This document shows, piece after piece, positions 49,693 to 58,893 of a stretch of 64,000 bases of DNA (its first letter is position 1; every line of letters begins with the position of its first letter). Where the stretch lies: positions 1,824,001-1,888,000 of the forward strand of contig OY970166.1 in NCBI GenBank assembly GCA_963706595.1. Direction: 5' to 3'. Below the pieces are notes generated by a model, which was not told the DNA's origin, searched no databases, and saw nothing but the letters and a program-made list of their open reading frames with translations. The translations under genes and the position numbers were made by a program. The stretch comes from an uncultured cyanobacterium (GTDB taxonomy: Bacteria; Cyanobacteriota; Cyanobacteriia; Cyanobacteriales; Nostocaceae).

Positions 49693-51846
49693 TTAAATAC
49701 CCAGGAATAAATCCTTGTAAGCTTCAGCCAAATCAGGATTAATTGCCTGCACCTGGGTGAAATCAGCCAGGGCTAATCCCCATTTTTTCTGCTCCTTGTA
49801 AACAAGACCACGATTGATATAAGCTTCAGCTAAATCAGGATTAATTGCCAGCGACCGATTGTAATCAGCCAGAGCTAATTCCCATTTTTTCTGCTGATAG
49901 TAAACCAGACCGCGATTGATGTAAGCTTCAGCCAAATCAGGATTAATTGCCAACGCCTGATTGTAATCACCCAGGGCTAATTCCCATTTTTTCTGCACAG
50001 AGTAAACATGACCGCGACGGTTGTAAGCTAGATCATAAAAAGGATTAATTGCCAGCGCTCGATTGTAATTACCCAGGGCTAATTCCCATTTTTTTTGCTG
50101 AGAGTAAACATGGCCGCGATTCATGAACGCATTAGCCAAATTGGGATTAATGGTCAGCGCCCGATAGTAATCAACCAGGGCTAATTCCCATTTTTTTTGC
50201 TCATAGTAAACCAGACCGCGATTGATGTAAGTATCAGCCAAATCAGGATTAATTACGATTACTTGGTTGAAATCAGCCAGGGCTAATTCCCATTTTTTCT
50301 GCTCATAGTAAACATGACCGCGACAGATATAAGCATTAGCCAAATCAGGATTATTTCGCAGCGCCCGACTATAATCAGCGAGGGCTAATTCCCATTTTTT
50401 CTGCACAGAGTAAACATGACCGCGTTTGTAGTAAGCTAGATCATAAAAAGGATTAATTGCCAGCGCCCGATTATAATCAGCGAGGGCTAATTCCCATTTT
50501 TTCTGCACAGAGTAAACATGACCGCGACAGATATAAGCATTAGCCAAATCGGGATTAATTTGCAGCAACTGATTGTAATCAGCCAGGGCTAATTCCCATT
50601 TTTTCTGGACAGAATAAACATTACTGCGATTGTTCTCAGCATCAGCCAAATCAGGAATTGCCAGCGCCCGATTATAATCAGCGAGGGCTAATTCCCATTT
50701 CTCCTGCTGCTTGTAAACGTTACCACGTTTGTAGTAAGCTAGATCATGAATAGGATTAATTGCGATCGCCCGATTATAATCAGCCAGGGCTAATTCCCAT
50801 TTTTCCTGCTTCTCGTAAACATGACCACGACAGATGTAAGCTACAGCATTATCAGGATTAATTTGCAGCACCTGGGTTAAATCAGCCAGTGCTAATTCCC
50901 ATTTTTCCTGGTTATTGTTAACATTTTTCCCGTGCCAAGATGACGGGGTAACTGCTGGACTCACAGGACGCAAAGCATGAATAACTTCTGCAACCGACTG
51001 AAAACGGTCTTTGGGGATGGGATGGGCTAACTTGTTCAGAATTTTACCCAATTTATCACTAACCACATTCCCATTCAAGTAATCCCGCCATACCCATTCT
51101 CCTTCTAGGTGACTATATAAATAAAAAGGGCTAACTCCTGTTAATAAATGTAGACAAGTCACCCCTAAACTATATAAATCACTGACAAAAAAGGGTTTCC
51201 CCATAGACTGTTCAGGAGCGCAATATTCCGCCGAACCGATAATTGTTCCTATAGCTGTGCGTTGCTGTTGCTTTACTACCTTGGCCGCGCCAAAGTCTAC
51301 TAAAAATAACTTGTTGTCACTGCTGCGCCGGATGATACTCTCTGGTTTAATATCTCGGTGAATTACTTGTTTACTGTGGACAAATTCTAGGATTTCTAAT
51401 ATTTCTAGCAATAATTCTCTAATCTGTTTTTCGCCAAATACACCATTATTATCTAACTCGGCTTGTAGGGTGTTTCCTTGCACAAATTCTTGCACTAAAT
51501 ATTGACGATTATCTACGATAAAATAAGCCATCAACTCAGGAATTTGTGGATGTTTCCCTAACTCTTCTAATCGTTGTGCTTGCTGTGCAAATAACCCGGA
51601 TGCTTTTTCAATGCTATCTGTCCCTTGCGCCTGGGGTAAAAACTGTTTGATTACACAATAGGGTTGGGACGGTTGATTTTGATCTGTAGCTAGAAATGTG
51701 CGACCAAAACCACCTTGACCTAAAATTGAGCGGGGTATATACCTTTCTGTCAGCATTAACTTACTACCGCATTTCTGACAGTATTTAAAATTGTCAGGGT
51801 TAGGGTGCAGACAGTCTGGGTTCAGACAATAGATCATGTTCATCAT
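49693..51846 (-). CDS. Ser/Thr kinase(-like) protein with N-terminal 4-Cys motif and 12 TPR units
   Basis: [32 protein letters not shown]; 12 x KW(E/G)LAL units. Confidence 0.9.
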   Translation of the reverse strand: MMNMIYCLNPDCLHPNPDNFKYCQKCGSKLMLTERYIPRSILGQGGFGRTFLATDQNQPSQPYCVIKQFLPQAQGTDSIEKASGLFAQQAQRLEELGKHPQIPELMAYFIVDNRQYLVQEFVQGNTLQAELDNNGVFGEKQIRELLLEILEILEFVHSKQVIHRDIKPESIIRRSSDNKLFLVDFGAAKVVKQQQRTAIGTIIGSAEYCAPEQSMGKPFFVSDLYSLGVTCLHLLTGVSPFYLYSHLEGEWVWRDYLNGNVVSDKLGKILNKLAHPIPKDRFQSVAEVIHALRPVSPAVTPSSWHGKNVNNNQEKWELALADLTQVLQINPDNAVAYICRGHVYEKQEKWELALADYNRAIAINPIHDLAYYKRGNVYKQQEKWELALADYNRALAIPDLADAENNRSNVYSVQKKWELALADYNQLLQINPDLANAYICRGHVYSVQKKWELALADYNRALAINPFYDLAYYKRGHVYSVQKKWELALADYSRALRNNPDLANAYICRGHVYYEQKKWELALADFNQVIVINPDLADTYINRGLVYYEQKKWELALVDYYRALTINPNLANAFMNRGHVYSQQKKWELALGNYNRALAINPFYDLAYNRRGHVYSVQKKWELALGDYNQALAINPDLAEAYINRGLVYYQQKKWELALADYNRSLAINPDLAEAYINRGLVYKEQKKWGLALADFTQVQAINPDLAEAYKDLFLGI
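49715..50910 (-). repeat. ~102-bp tandem coding repeat (TPR array)
   Basis: gctaattcccattt recurs every ~102 bp. Confidence 0.9.
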
Positions 51847-52178
51847 GTCTGGGGGTGAGGATTGTGGGGATTAGGTGAGGGTGGTGATATTTTGCTACGC
51901 AAAAGCATTATACACAAAATTTGAGTGTTATTAGCTACGCCGCTACTGCAAAAGCGATACTCTCAAGAAATACATTTTAAAATCGTTACCAGATAAAAAT
52001 TTCCTGTTTTCACATATTTATGAAACGAACCACGTTATCGCTAGCCTCTTTCTTTGGGCTACGGTGTACACACATCATGAGACCCCACCCCTAACCCCTC
52101 CGGTGCAAGCGAGGAGGGGAACTAGATTTCCGCTTAAATCTTGTTTTTAAGTCAATTAATTTTGCAGAATATACATAC

Positions 52179-53910
52179 CTAAAAACCCAAGTCAGCTTTT
52201 GCTAATTCTGCCGCAGCGAATACTTCTGCATCTGGTTTTTCTTCCCAAGCGGGGTCTCCGATTTCTGCATAGAAGGTTGCGTCATAAGGACGAGTTTTCA
52301 CAACCACCGGCATGGGGACGGCATGACCTAAAATTAAAGCTTGTTGCTTTGAATCTAATTTGGCTAATACTGACCGCAAACCACCCGCACCAGATACACC
52401 TGTAAAAATAGCATCAATATCTTTATCATCATTGAGCAAAGCGGTGATTCGTGTGCCAATTTGAGACATCACTTCATTATCAATCCCGGATGGACGTTGG
52501 TCTACAACTAACAAAGTTACAAAATATTTTCGCAGTTCTCTGGCGATAGTTCCAAAGATTGTACTTTGTACCACTCCTGGGTCTAGAAAACGGTGCGCCT
52601 CTTCAATTGTAATCATTAATGGTGTGGGGCGATCGCATGGATTTTTGCTTTGTAAAAATGTATCGGCTTTTTTGACATAATGTGCATGAATTCTTCTGGT
52701 GATCATGTTAGTCACCAACATATAAGAAAGCATATTAGACTGAGAACCAAATTCTATAACTACGTTCTTCCCAGCTTCCAAAGACTGCACAATTTTACTA
52801 ATATAATTCTGTGGGCAAACTCCGCGCATATACTTTAAACTATCCATGCGGAGAAGTTTACGCTGTAATCCCATAATCGAACCTTTATGTCCCCGCTTTT
52901 CGTCGCAGAACATTTCGATTTCTTCGTTAGTCATATTCAGCAACTGGACAATCCAAGATTTGCCAAATTCGCTATATAAAATATTCGCATTATCCAAAGC
53001 TGCATCCGATAAGCCTAAATCTCGACTGCATAACTTGATATCTTCAACTTCCACTTGCTCATAACTCAAATATAGTTCTTGAGCATCACGCACACCCCGA
53101 CGTTTTGTCGATTCAGGATCAAGGGTGTAGACTTCCACTTTACCAGGAAATAGTTGCTTTAAGCCTTTAACAGGTACTAACATTTTTACCTTCGGCTACC
53201 GCTTCCCAGCCATACTCCGAGTGCATATCAAATATCAAGTTTACTGCCGCATTTTTACGGATAACCCCAGCTAAAAGTAAGCGGGTGAGGAAGGATTTAC
53301 CAGTCCCAGATTTACCAAATACGCCATTACTGCGTTCAACAAAGCGGTTTAAATCGATACAGACAGGTACATCCATATCTAAGGGTTTACCGATAGAGAA
53401 GTTTCGCCGTTGGGGGTCATCTTCCCAACCAAATACGCGGCGAAAATCATCCACACTGGCTTCGTAAACTTGGCTAAAGTGACTGGGAATCGTCTTCACC
53501 GGGAGTAATTCCATAGTCGTACTAGTTTGAGCCTGAAATGACGCTAAACCAGTTGCTGATGGGACAAAACCGTTAGCCGCTTTACCATTACTTGACGACA
53601 AAGATTCATCAGATTCGGGTGTGAACATCAACATCGGCGAGAGGTTAATCGTCCCATAAGTACCACTACCTGCTAAAACTTCTCGTAAAAAAGTGTCTTC
53701 CCAATTGGGGGGACTAGCAATAATGCGATCATTCGCAGTTCCCAATGCTACATCAGTCAGCATACAGAAAAAGCGCGATCGCAGTCCATGCACAACTAAA
53801 AATTTACCCACCCGCATATCTTCAACAGAAATATCCGGGTGTAGTCGTACTTCTAATCCCCCAGTCAAAGAACCTTGGATGACTGAACCTAATGGTTGTG
53901 CCGAATTCAT
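52179..53910 (-). CDS. herA: HerA-like helicase/ATPase (HAS barrel + FtsK/HerA), split by a +1 frameshift near 53173
   Basis: LGSVIQGSL (HAS), GKSGTGKS, FDMHSEYG, IEEAHRF, DQRPS. Removing one base gives GKNVSTVKGLKQLF. Confidence 0.82.
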
Positions 53911-54046
53911 ATCTTAAGTGCTGAGAACTTGATCATAAGTCTCTATAGTTATGGTTTCCGATCAATGAACCACAGAGGCACAGAGAATACTGAGGAGTCA
54001 GGAAGAGAGAGATTTTTTACAGTCCCTTAGCTTATCATCTCATCAT

Positions 54047-54838
54047 CTAGTCAATTTGAATAGAAGTCGGTGCTGATCCAGTGGTCGGTAAACTAATTAA
54101 TGGTTTACGAAATTGAGCATACAAGCGATCGCGCCAAGTAAAGAAGGGTTCATAATTGGGATTATCTGCCAATCCTGGGACACCTTTACCTCTGAGACTT
54201 GCTGGTAAATCAAGATAAGGGGCTTCGGGGAACTTCAACAATATAGATAAACTAGCCACTGCTAAGTCAGCTAAGGTTGGCTCGTCTCCGGTTAAATAGG
54301 GACTATCGGCTAATATTAGTGTTAACGATTCTAAGTCTTGTTTCAAGTCCGCGATCGCTGATTTAATCACATCTGGACTATAACCCACCCCAAAACCCAA
54401 AACAGTCAACACATCACTGGGTACTCCAGCCACAAGAGTTTTGAAGATATCAGGTGTGGAATTCGGTAATAAGGACTTGCGGAAATTTTGGTCTTGACTA
54501 ATAGCCGAAAACAGCGCCTTTCTCCCTTTGACACCAATGGACTCATCAGCCCATTCTTCCATCAATAAGCATAAACCCCGTCGCTTCGGATCTTGAGGGA
54601 TGAGTGGGCGTTCAGGATATTCTAAGTCTAAATATTTAGCAATTTCCGTAGAATCAACAATATATCTATTACCGTCTTTTAAAACTGGCACTTGCTTTTG
54701 TCCAGTCAGCCGGAACAAATCTACCTGTCCCATTCCCGGTGTAACTTCTATTTTACGGTAATCTAGCCCTTTATAATCTAGGATTAACCGCACTTTTTCT
54801 GAGTAATGAGATAATTCCCATTGGTATAATTCTAGCAT
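54047..54838 (-). CDS. Glutathione S-transferase family protein
   Basis: SHYSEKVRLILDYKG, QVPVL, DSTEIA, PTLADLAV. Confidence 0.9.
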   Translation of the reverse strand: MLELYQWELSHYSEKVRLILDYKGLDYRKIEVTPGMGQVDLFRLTGQKQVPVLKDGNRYIVDSTEIAKYLDLEYPERPLIPQDPKRRGLCLLMEEWADESIGVKGRKALFSAISQDQNFRKSLLPNSTPDIFKTLVAGVPSDVLTVLGFGVGYSPDVIKSAIADLKQDLESLTLILADSPYLTGDEPTLADLAVASLSILLKFPEAPYLDLPASLRGKGVPGLADNPNYEPFFTWRDRLYAQFRKPLISLPTTGSAPTSIQID

Positions 54839-55330
54839 AATCTCTACTTTAAACAGATTCACTGCACAACGCTCTCATTGTATCTTTAGTTCAAGTAATT
54901 TTCCTGAGAAATTCAGCAATTCATCTCAAAAACTTGAAACAAAATCGGCTATTTTTGCTTCATCGTAGGTAATTACGTGATTTTTATCAAAAACTTATTT
55001 TCTGAATGATTAAAATCTCAAATAAACCAAGTTTATGAATAAATATACTCAAGTGACCTGACTTTGAGATTCAGGTGTGGAAAAACATAAAAAATAAGAT
55101 TACATAGTACCGCAAGGCGTTCGTCAGCAGAGGCATATTGCAATACGCCCGAACAACAGTCAAAAAGTTGACTTTATAGGTTGTTGATTGATTTTAGATA
55201 GTTGTGCTATTTACGCCGTGCTGTAATCGTCATTTTCACCAATAATCTAGATGCTAAATTGAGATATTTGGCGTAGCGAAGTGTTATAAATCTTTATGTG
55301 ACCTGTAAAACTGAAAGACAAACAAGATTT

Positions 55331-56038
55331 ATGAAGGCAAATTACAGCAAATTGTTGACCAAGTTGGCAGGAGTAGTAGGGTTAGCGAGCGTTAGTCTCC
55401 TGATCACTCTACCATCTGGAGCCAATGAGTCAACCAATAATTTATTAGCACAGGCAGGTAGTGGACGACTCAATCCCAGACCTAGTATTTTCAATGAGCC
55501 TCCCTATAACCGTGGTCCACGGACTGAGCCGACTGAGCCGACTGAGCCGACTACTCCTGGTCCACGCACTCCCAGAGAAACACCTCCCGCAACGCCTCCG
55601 GGAGCAGGGACACCTGGCACTCAAAATCAAACCTTGTTATCATTGGCAGAGTCTAGCCCTAACTTTAAAACCTTAACTGCCGCTTTAAAAGCAGCCGGAT
55701 TGACAGACGCTTTGCAAGGTTCAGAGAACCTAACAGTTTTTGCTCCCACTGATGCTGCATTTGCCAAATTACCCGCAGATGCTGTGAGAGATTTGTTGAA
55801 GCCAGAAAATAAAGAAGTTTTGCTGAAGCTATTAACTTACCATGTGGTCAGTGGTACTGTTCTATCCACTGACTTAGAATCTGGCGAAGTAAAAAGCCTT
55901 GAAGGCGGTGCAATCACTGTCAAAGTGAGTCCTAATGGTGTAATGGTGAATGATGCCAACGTAGTTCAGGCAGATATTAAAGCTAGTAATGGTGTAATAC
56001 ACGCGATTGATCAGGTGATTTTGCCTCCTGACTTGTAG
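55331..56038 (+). CDS. Secreted fasciclin (FAS1) domain protein
   Basis: Signal peptide, Pro/Thr linker, TVFAPTDAAF, NGVIHAIDQV. Confidence 0.92.
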   Translation: MKANYSKLLTKLAGVVGLASVSLLITLPSGANESTNNLLAQAGSGRLNPRPSIFNEPPYNRGPRTEPTEPTEPTTPGPRTPRETPPATPPGAGTPGTQNQTLLSLAESSPNFKTLTAALKAAGLTDALQGSENLTVFAPTDAAFAKLPADAVRDLLKPENKEVLLKLLTYHVVSGTVLSTDLESGEVKSLEGGAITVKVSPNGVMVNDANVVQADIKASNGVIHAIDQVILPPDL

Positions 56039-56088
56039 TTTTCCAGCAGAGGTTGAATCGCGATCGCGATTCAAATCCTAGCTAAGAT

Positions 56089-56126
56089 AAAATCCCGTTC
56101 AGATATTAAATCTGGGCGGGATTTTT
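56089..56126 (+). terminator. Intrinsic terminator after the fasciclin gene
   Basis: aaaatcccgttcagat...atctgggcgggattttt hairpin plus T run. Confidence 0.7.
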
Positions 56127-56337
56127 CTGTAATCGTCATCCTGAAATATCTACCAAAAGGGGGTAGACTTATAAACAGAAATAGACGTTAGCTTAACATA
56201 ACTTTTTATAACAGTTTTTTGAGCTTTCCCCCTGATATTTAAAATTATGTGTCACAATCACAAGATGAGAATTAATTCGGCGACAGCGTTTGTTTTTAGT
56301 ATTGACAGGCTTTTTTCTTGTGGTATTTACAGACTTA

Positions 56338-56378
56338 TCTCCGAAATCTAAATCTCTACATCTTTGCGATTTTGGAGA
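56338..56378 (+). promoter_or_regulatory. rbp 5'-UTR stem (TCTCCGAAAT / ATTTTGGAGA) overlapping the RBS
   Basis: Complementary boxes; the TCTCCGAA box is recalled from cold-inducible cyanobacterial rbp leaders. Confidence 0.65.
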
Positions 56379-56384
56379 CAATCA

Positions 56385-56690
56385 ATGTCAATTTATGTAG
56401 GCAATCTCTCTTACGACGTTACCCAAGAAGCTCTAAGTGGCGTGTTTGAAGAGTATGGAACTGTAAAACGGGTGCAAATACCTACTGACCGTGAAACAGG
56501 TCGTGTACGTGGTTTTGCTTTCGTTGAAATGGGTTCAGACGCTGAAGAAACAGCAGCCATTGAAGCGCTAGACGGTGCTGAATGGATGGGACGCGACCTG
56601 AAAGTTAATAAAGCTAAACCCAAAGAAGACAGAGGTGGTTCCTTTGGTGGTAGCCGGGGCGGCGGCGGCGGCTCCCGTAACCGCTACTAA
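56385..56690 (+). CDS. rbp: RRM RNA-binding protein with Gly-rich tail
   Basis: MSIYVGNLSY (RNP2), RGFAFVEM (RNP1). Confidence 0.95.
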   Translation: MSIYVGNLSYDVTQEALSGVFEEYGTVKRVQIPTDRETGRVRGFAFVEMGSDAEETAAIEALDGAEWMGRDLKVNKAKPKEDRGGSFGGSRGGGGGSRNRY

Positions 56691-56791
56691 GAGGTAGGGA
56701 GCAGGGGAGCAGGGGAGAAAAACTTTCCAGTACACAGTCCCTAGTCCCTAGTCCCTAATTCCCACGATTTAAAACCGGGGATTAAATACTT

Positions 56792-56829
56792 AAACTCCGA
56801 ACATGGACTCAGCCTGTTCGGAGTTTTTT
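56792..56829 (+). terminator. Intrinsic terminator after rbp
   Basis: aaactccgaaca...tgttcggagtttttt. Confidence 0.75.
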
Positions 56830-56923
56830 AATTTTTATAGATTAGGACATTATTGAGTCCTGAAAGCCTTGAAGCAACTTGGTTTTTACTCAGGAATCAG
56901 AACTCAGCACAAACCTAATAAAT

Positions 56924-57094
56924 TTAGAGGATACCCCAGAAGTGGAGAAAGCCTTGACCGGAGAACACTTCTAATAGAATAGCGGATACAAAACCAATCA
57001 TGGCAAAGCGACCGTTCCAGTTTTCGCTTTGGGAAGTGAATCCCCAGCGTAAAGCGTTAGGGTCGTTTGAAGCTACATTCTTAGTATCTGGCAT
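56924..57094 (-). CDS. hli: High-light-inducible protein (one-helix CAB/ELIP/HLIP), missed by the ORF track
   Basis: Manual translation ...[19 protein letters not shown]...[11 protein letters not shown] (56 aa). Confidence 0.93.
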   Translation of the reverse strand: MPDTKNVASNDPNALRWGFTSQSENWNGRFAMIGFVSAILLEVFSGQGFLHFWGIL

Positions 57095-57134
57095 AATTAA
57101 TATTCCTAGTTTTTATGTGGCAAAAATTGCTGCT

Positions 57135-57152
57135 TATGTAAACTAATGTAAC
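57135..57152 (-). promoter_or_regulatory. HLR1 (RpaB-binding) box
   Basis: Minus strand GTTACATT-AG-TTTACATA matches (G/T)TTACA(T/A)(T/A)-N2 repeat; upstream of hli. Confidence 0.85.
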
Positions 57153-57229
57153 AGATGTTTACGAAAATGCAATACAAAAACCCAACTTTAATTGAGGTAA
57201 TTACCGTACACGGTCATCAGTTTCAGTGA

Positions 57230-58747
57230 CTATGCGCGCGTATAACGATGTTTCACGCCAATGGGGAAATATTCTGCATCACCCATTGGGGCTAGTGTGA
57301 TTTGTGGGGTTTGATATTCTGGGGAAACATAGTTGGCAAACTCGCTGTTGAGGCGCAACAGTTGCGAAAGAATTGAGGATGTTATGGCTTGTCTCTTGTC
57401 TTCACCACTTTCTACCCCTGGCGCTAATTCTACAACTATAGACAAAAATCGGTTTTGATCTGCATCTTCTTTGACCTGTAACACGAACTTCCCCGTTACC
57501 CACTCAGGAATTCTGCCTTGTTCTAATCCCACTGTCACATTTTCGGGATAAATATTCGCGCCAAAGTAGGAAACTGTAAAGTTAGAGCGTCCGAAAACAT
57601 AGACAAAAGGTAAGGGATGAATTCCTCTGGGTAACTGCTGAGTCTGAGAACGCAGATGTTCCACAGGATCAAATCCCCACTCTGCCAAGAACTCAAACAT
57701 GGCATCATAACTAATGATCCCGCCAGTATCCATGATGTTATAGCGGATCAAAGGAATGCCATTATCTCCAGAAAATAATAGTATGTTGTTCTCAACTTCA
57801 AATAAGCGACTGCTGGGGTCGTATTGTACCAATGTGGGTAAGCGAGATTCCCCAAATAAAGCTTTGGCTGCATCTGGATGTTCTGCGAGGAACCGACGAA
57901 TGCAGATACTCAAGGGTGTTTCATTACCCAATACACCTGCGTCCGCAGTACCGTAGAGTGATGCAGAGTCGTAGCAGGGATTTTGCGCCCCAACTCTCTC
58001 ACCCACCAAACTCCGCCATTCTTCGCTGAATACTTCTCCCGCCATCACTAATTTAATCTGATATTGCTGCCACTCCACACCCAGAGTAATACCAGTATCA
58101 ACTACATCTTTCAGAAATGGCGGATATCCTAGTAACACTACTTGATCAAAAGCTGCACCGATTTCCTGGACAATCCGCAAAATTTCTGATTTATTGTTAC
58201 CAGGGGTAATTACAGTCAGGGGATAGCCTTTACTGGCAAGATAGCGACAGCAATTAGTGGTAAACATTCCACCTACCCAAGTGCCTAATGAGAAACAAAT
58301 TATAGCTAGAGTCCGTCTAGTATCTGCATAAAAACTATCATGAAAAATCTGCTCAAATCGTGTAGCAATTTGTAGTTCATCAGTGAAGAAACGCGGCCAA
58401 AATGTGGGTTTACCGGTGGAACCGGAGGAAGCAGCGATCATATCGCAGGCTTCTAACTTTCCATAGCGGCACAATTGGGCTAAAGAATAACGCGATATAT
58501 AATTTTCTTTGTTAATTACAGGTAGTTTCTGAAAATCCGCAAATGTTTGGATAGCGGTGGGGTCAATTTGTTGTGCTGCTAAAAAAGCTTGGTAAGCAGG
58601 TACATTGGCAGCGACATCGTAAAATAAATTTAAGGCTGTTGTTGGGCTGGGAAGATTTCGATGTTGTTGGAGTAGTGTTTCCAAGGGAGTAGATACAAAA
58701 TGTGCAAATGCCTGAATGGCTCGCGTTGTTTGTGATTTGTCGTTCAT
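57230..58747 (-). CDS. Phenylacetate--CoA ligase (PaaK-like) family protein
   Basis: SSGSTGKPT, YGTAD, IRYNIMD, FGRS. Confidence 0.85.
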   Translation of the reverse strand: MNDKSQTTRAIQAFAHFVSTPLETLLQQHRNLPSPTTALNLFYDVAANVPAYQAFLAAQQIDPTAIQTFADFQKLPVINKENYISRYSLAQLCRYGKLEACDMIAASSGSTGKPTFWPRFFTDELQIATRFEQIFHDSFYADTRRTLAIICFSLGTWVGGMFTTNCCRYLASKGYPLTVITPGNNKSEILRIVQEIGAAFDQVVLLGYPPFLKDVVDTGITLGVEWQQYQIKLVMAGEVFSEEWRSLVGERVGAQNPCYDSASLYGTADAGVLGNETPLSICIRRFLAEHPDAAKALFGESRLPTLVQYDPSSRLFEVENNILLFSGDNGIPLIRYNIMDTGGIISYDAMFEFLAEWGFDPVEHLRSQTQQLPRGIHPLPFVYVFGRSNFTVSYFGANIYPENVTVGLEQGRIPEWVTGKFVLQVKEDADQNRFLSIVVELAPGVESGEDKRQAITSSILSQLLRLNSEFANYVSPEYQTPQITLAPMGDAEYFPIGVKHRYTRA

Positions 58748-58893
58748 GACGTTTATTGTTACTTGTTGCCAGTATTTTAGTTATTATCAGATTTATTCAA
58801 ACTTTTGCTCTGGGAAGTGTCGGGACGATAACCGTAACTGGAACTGCATCAGTTGTAGTAAGTTAATAAAACCTTAGTTGAGCCTTCAGCATC

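Noticed and set aside
49715..50910. Regularly spaced repeats resembling a CRISPR array
   Set aside because: The period is 102 bp, the units are in-frame TPR codons, and the 'spacers' are homologous to each other.
52179..53183. Separate 334-aa gene or programmed frameshift in herA
   Set aside because: A one-base correction yields a continuous HerA; no slippery sequence was seen; similar indels occur elsewhere in the window.
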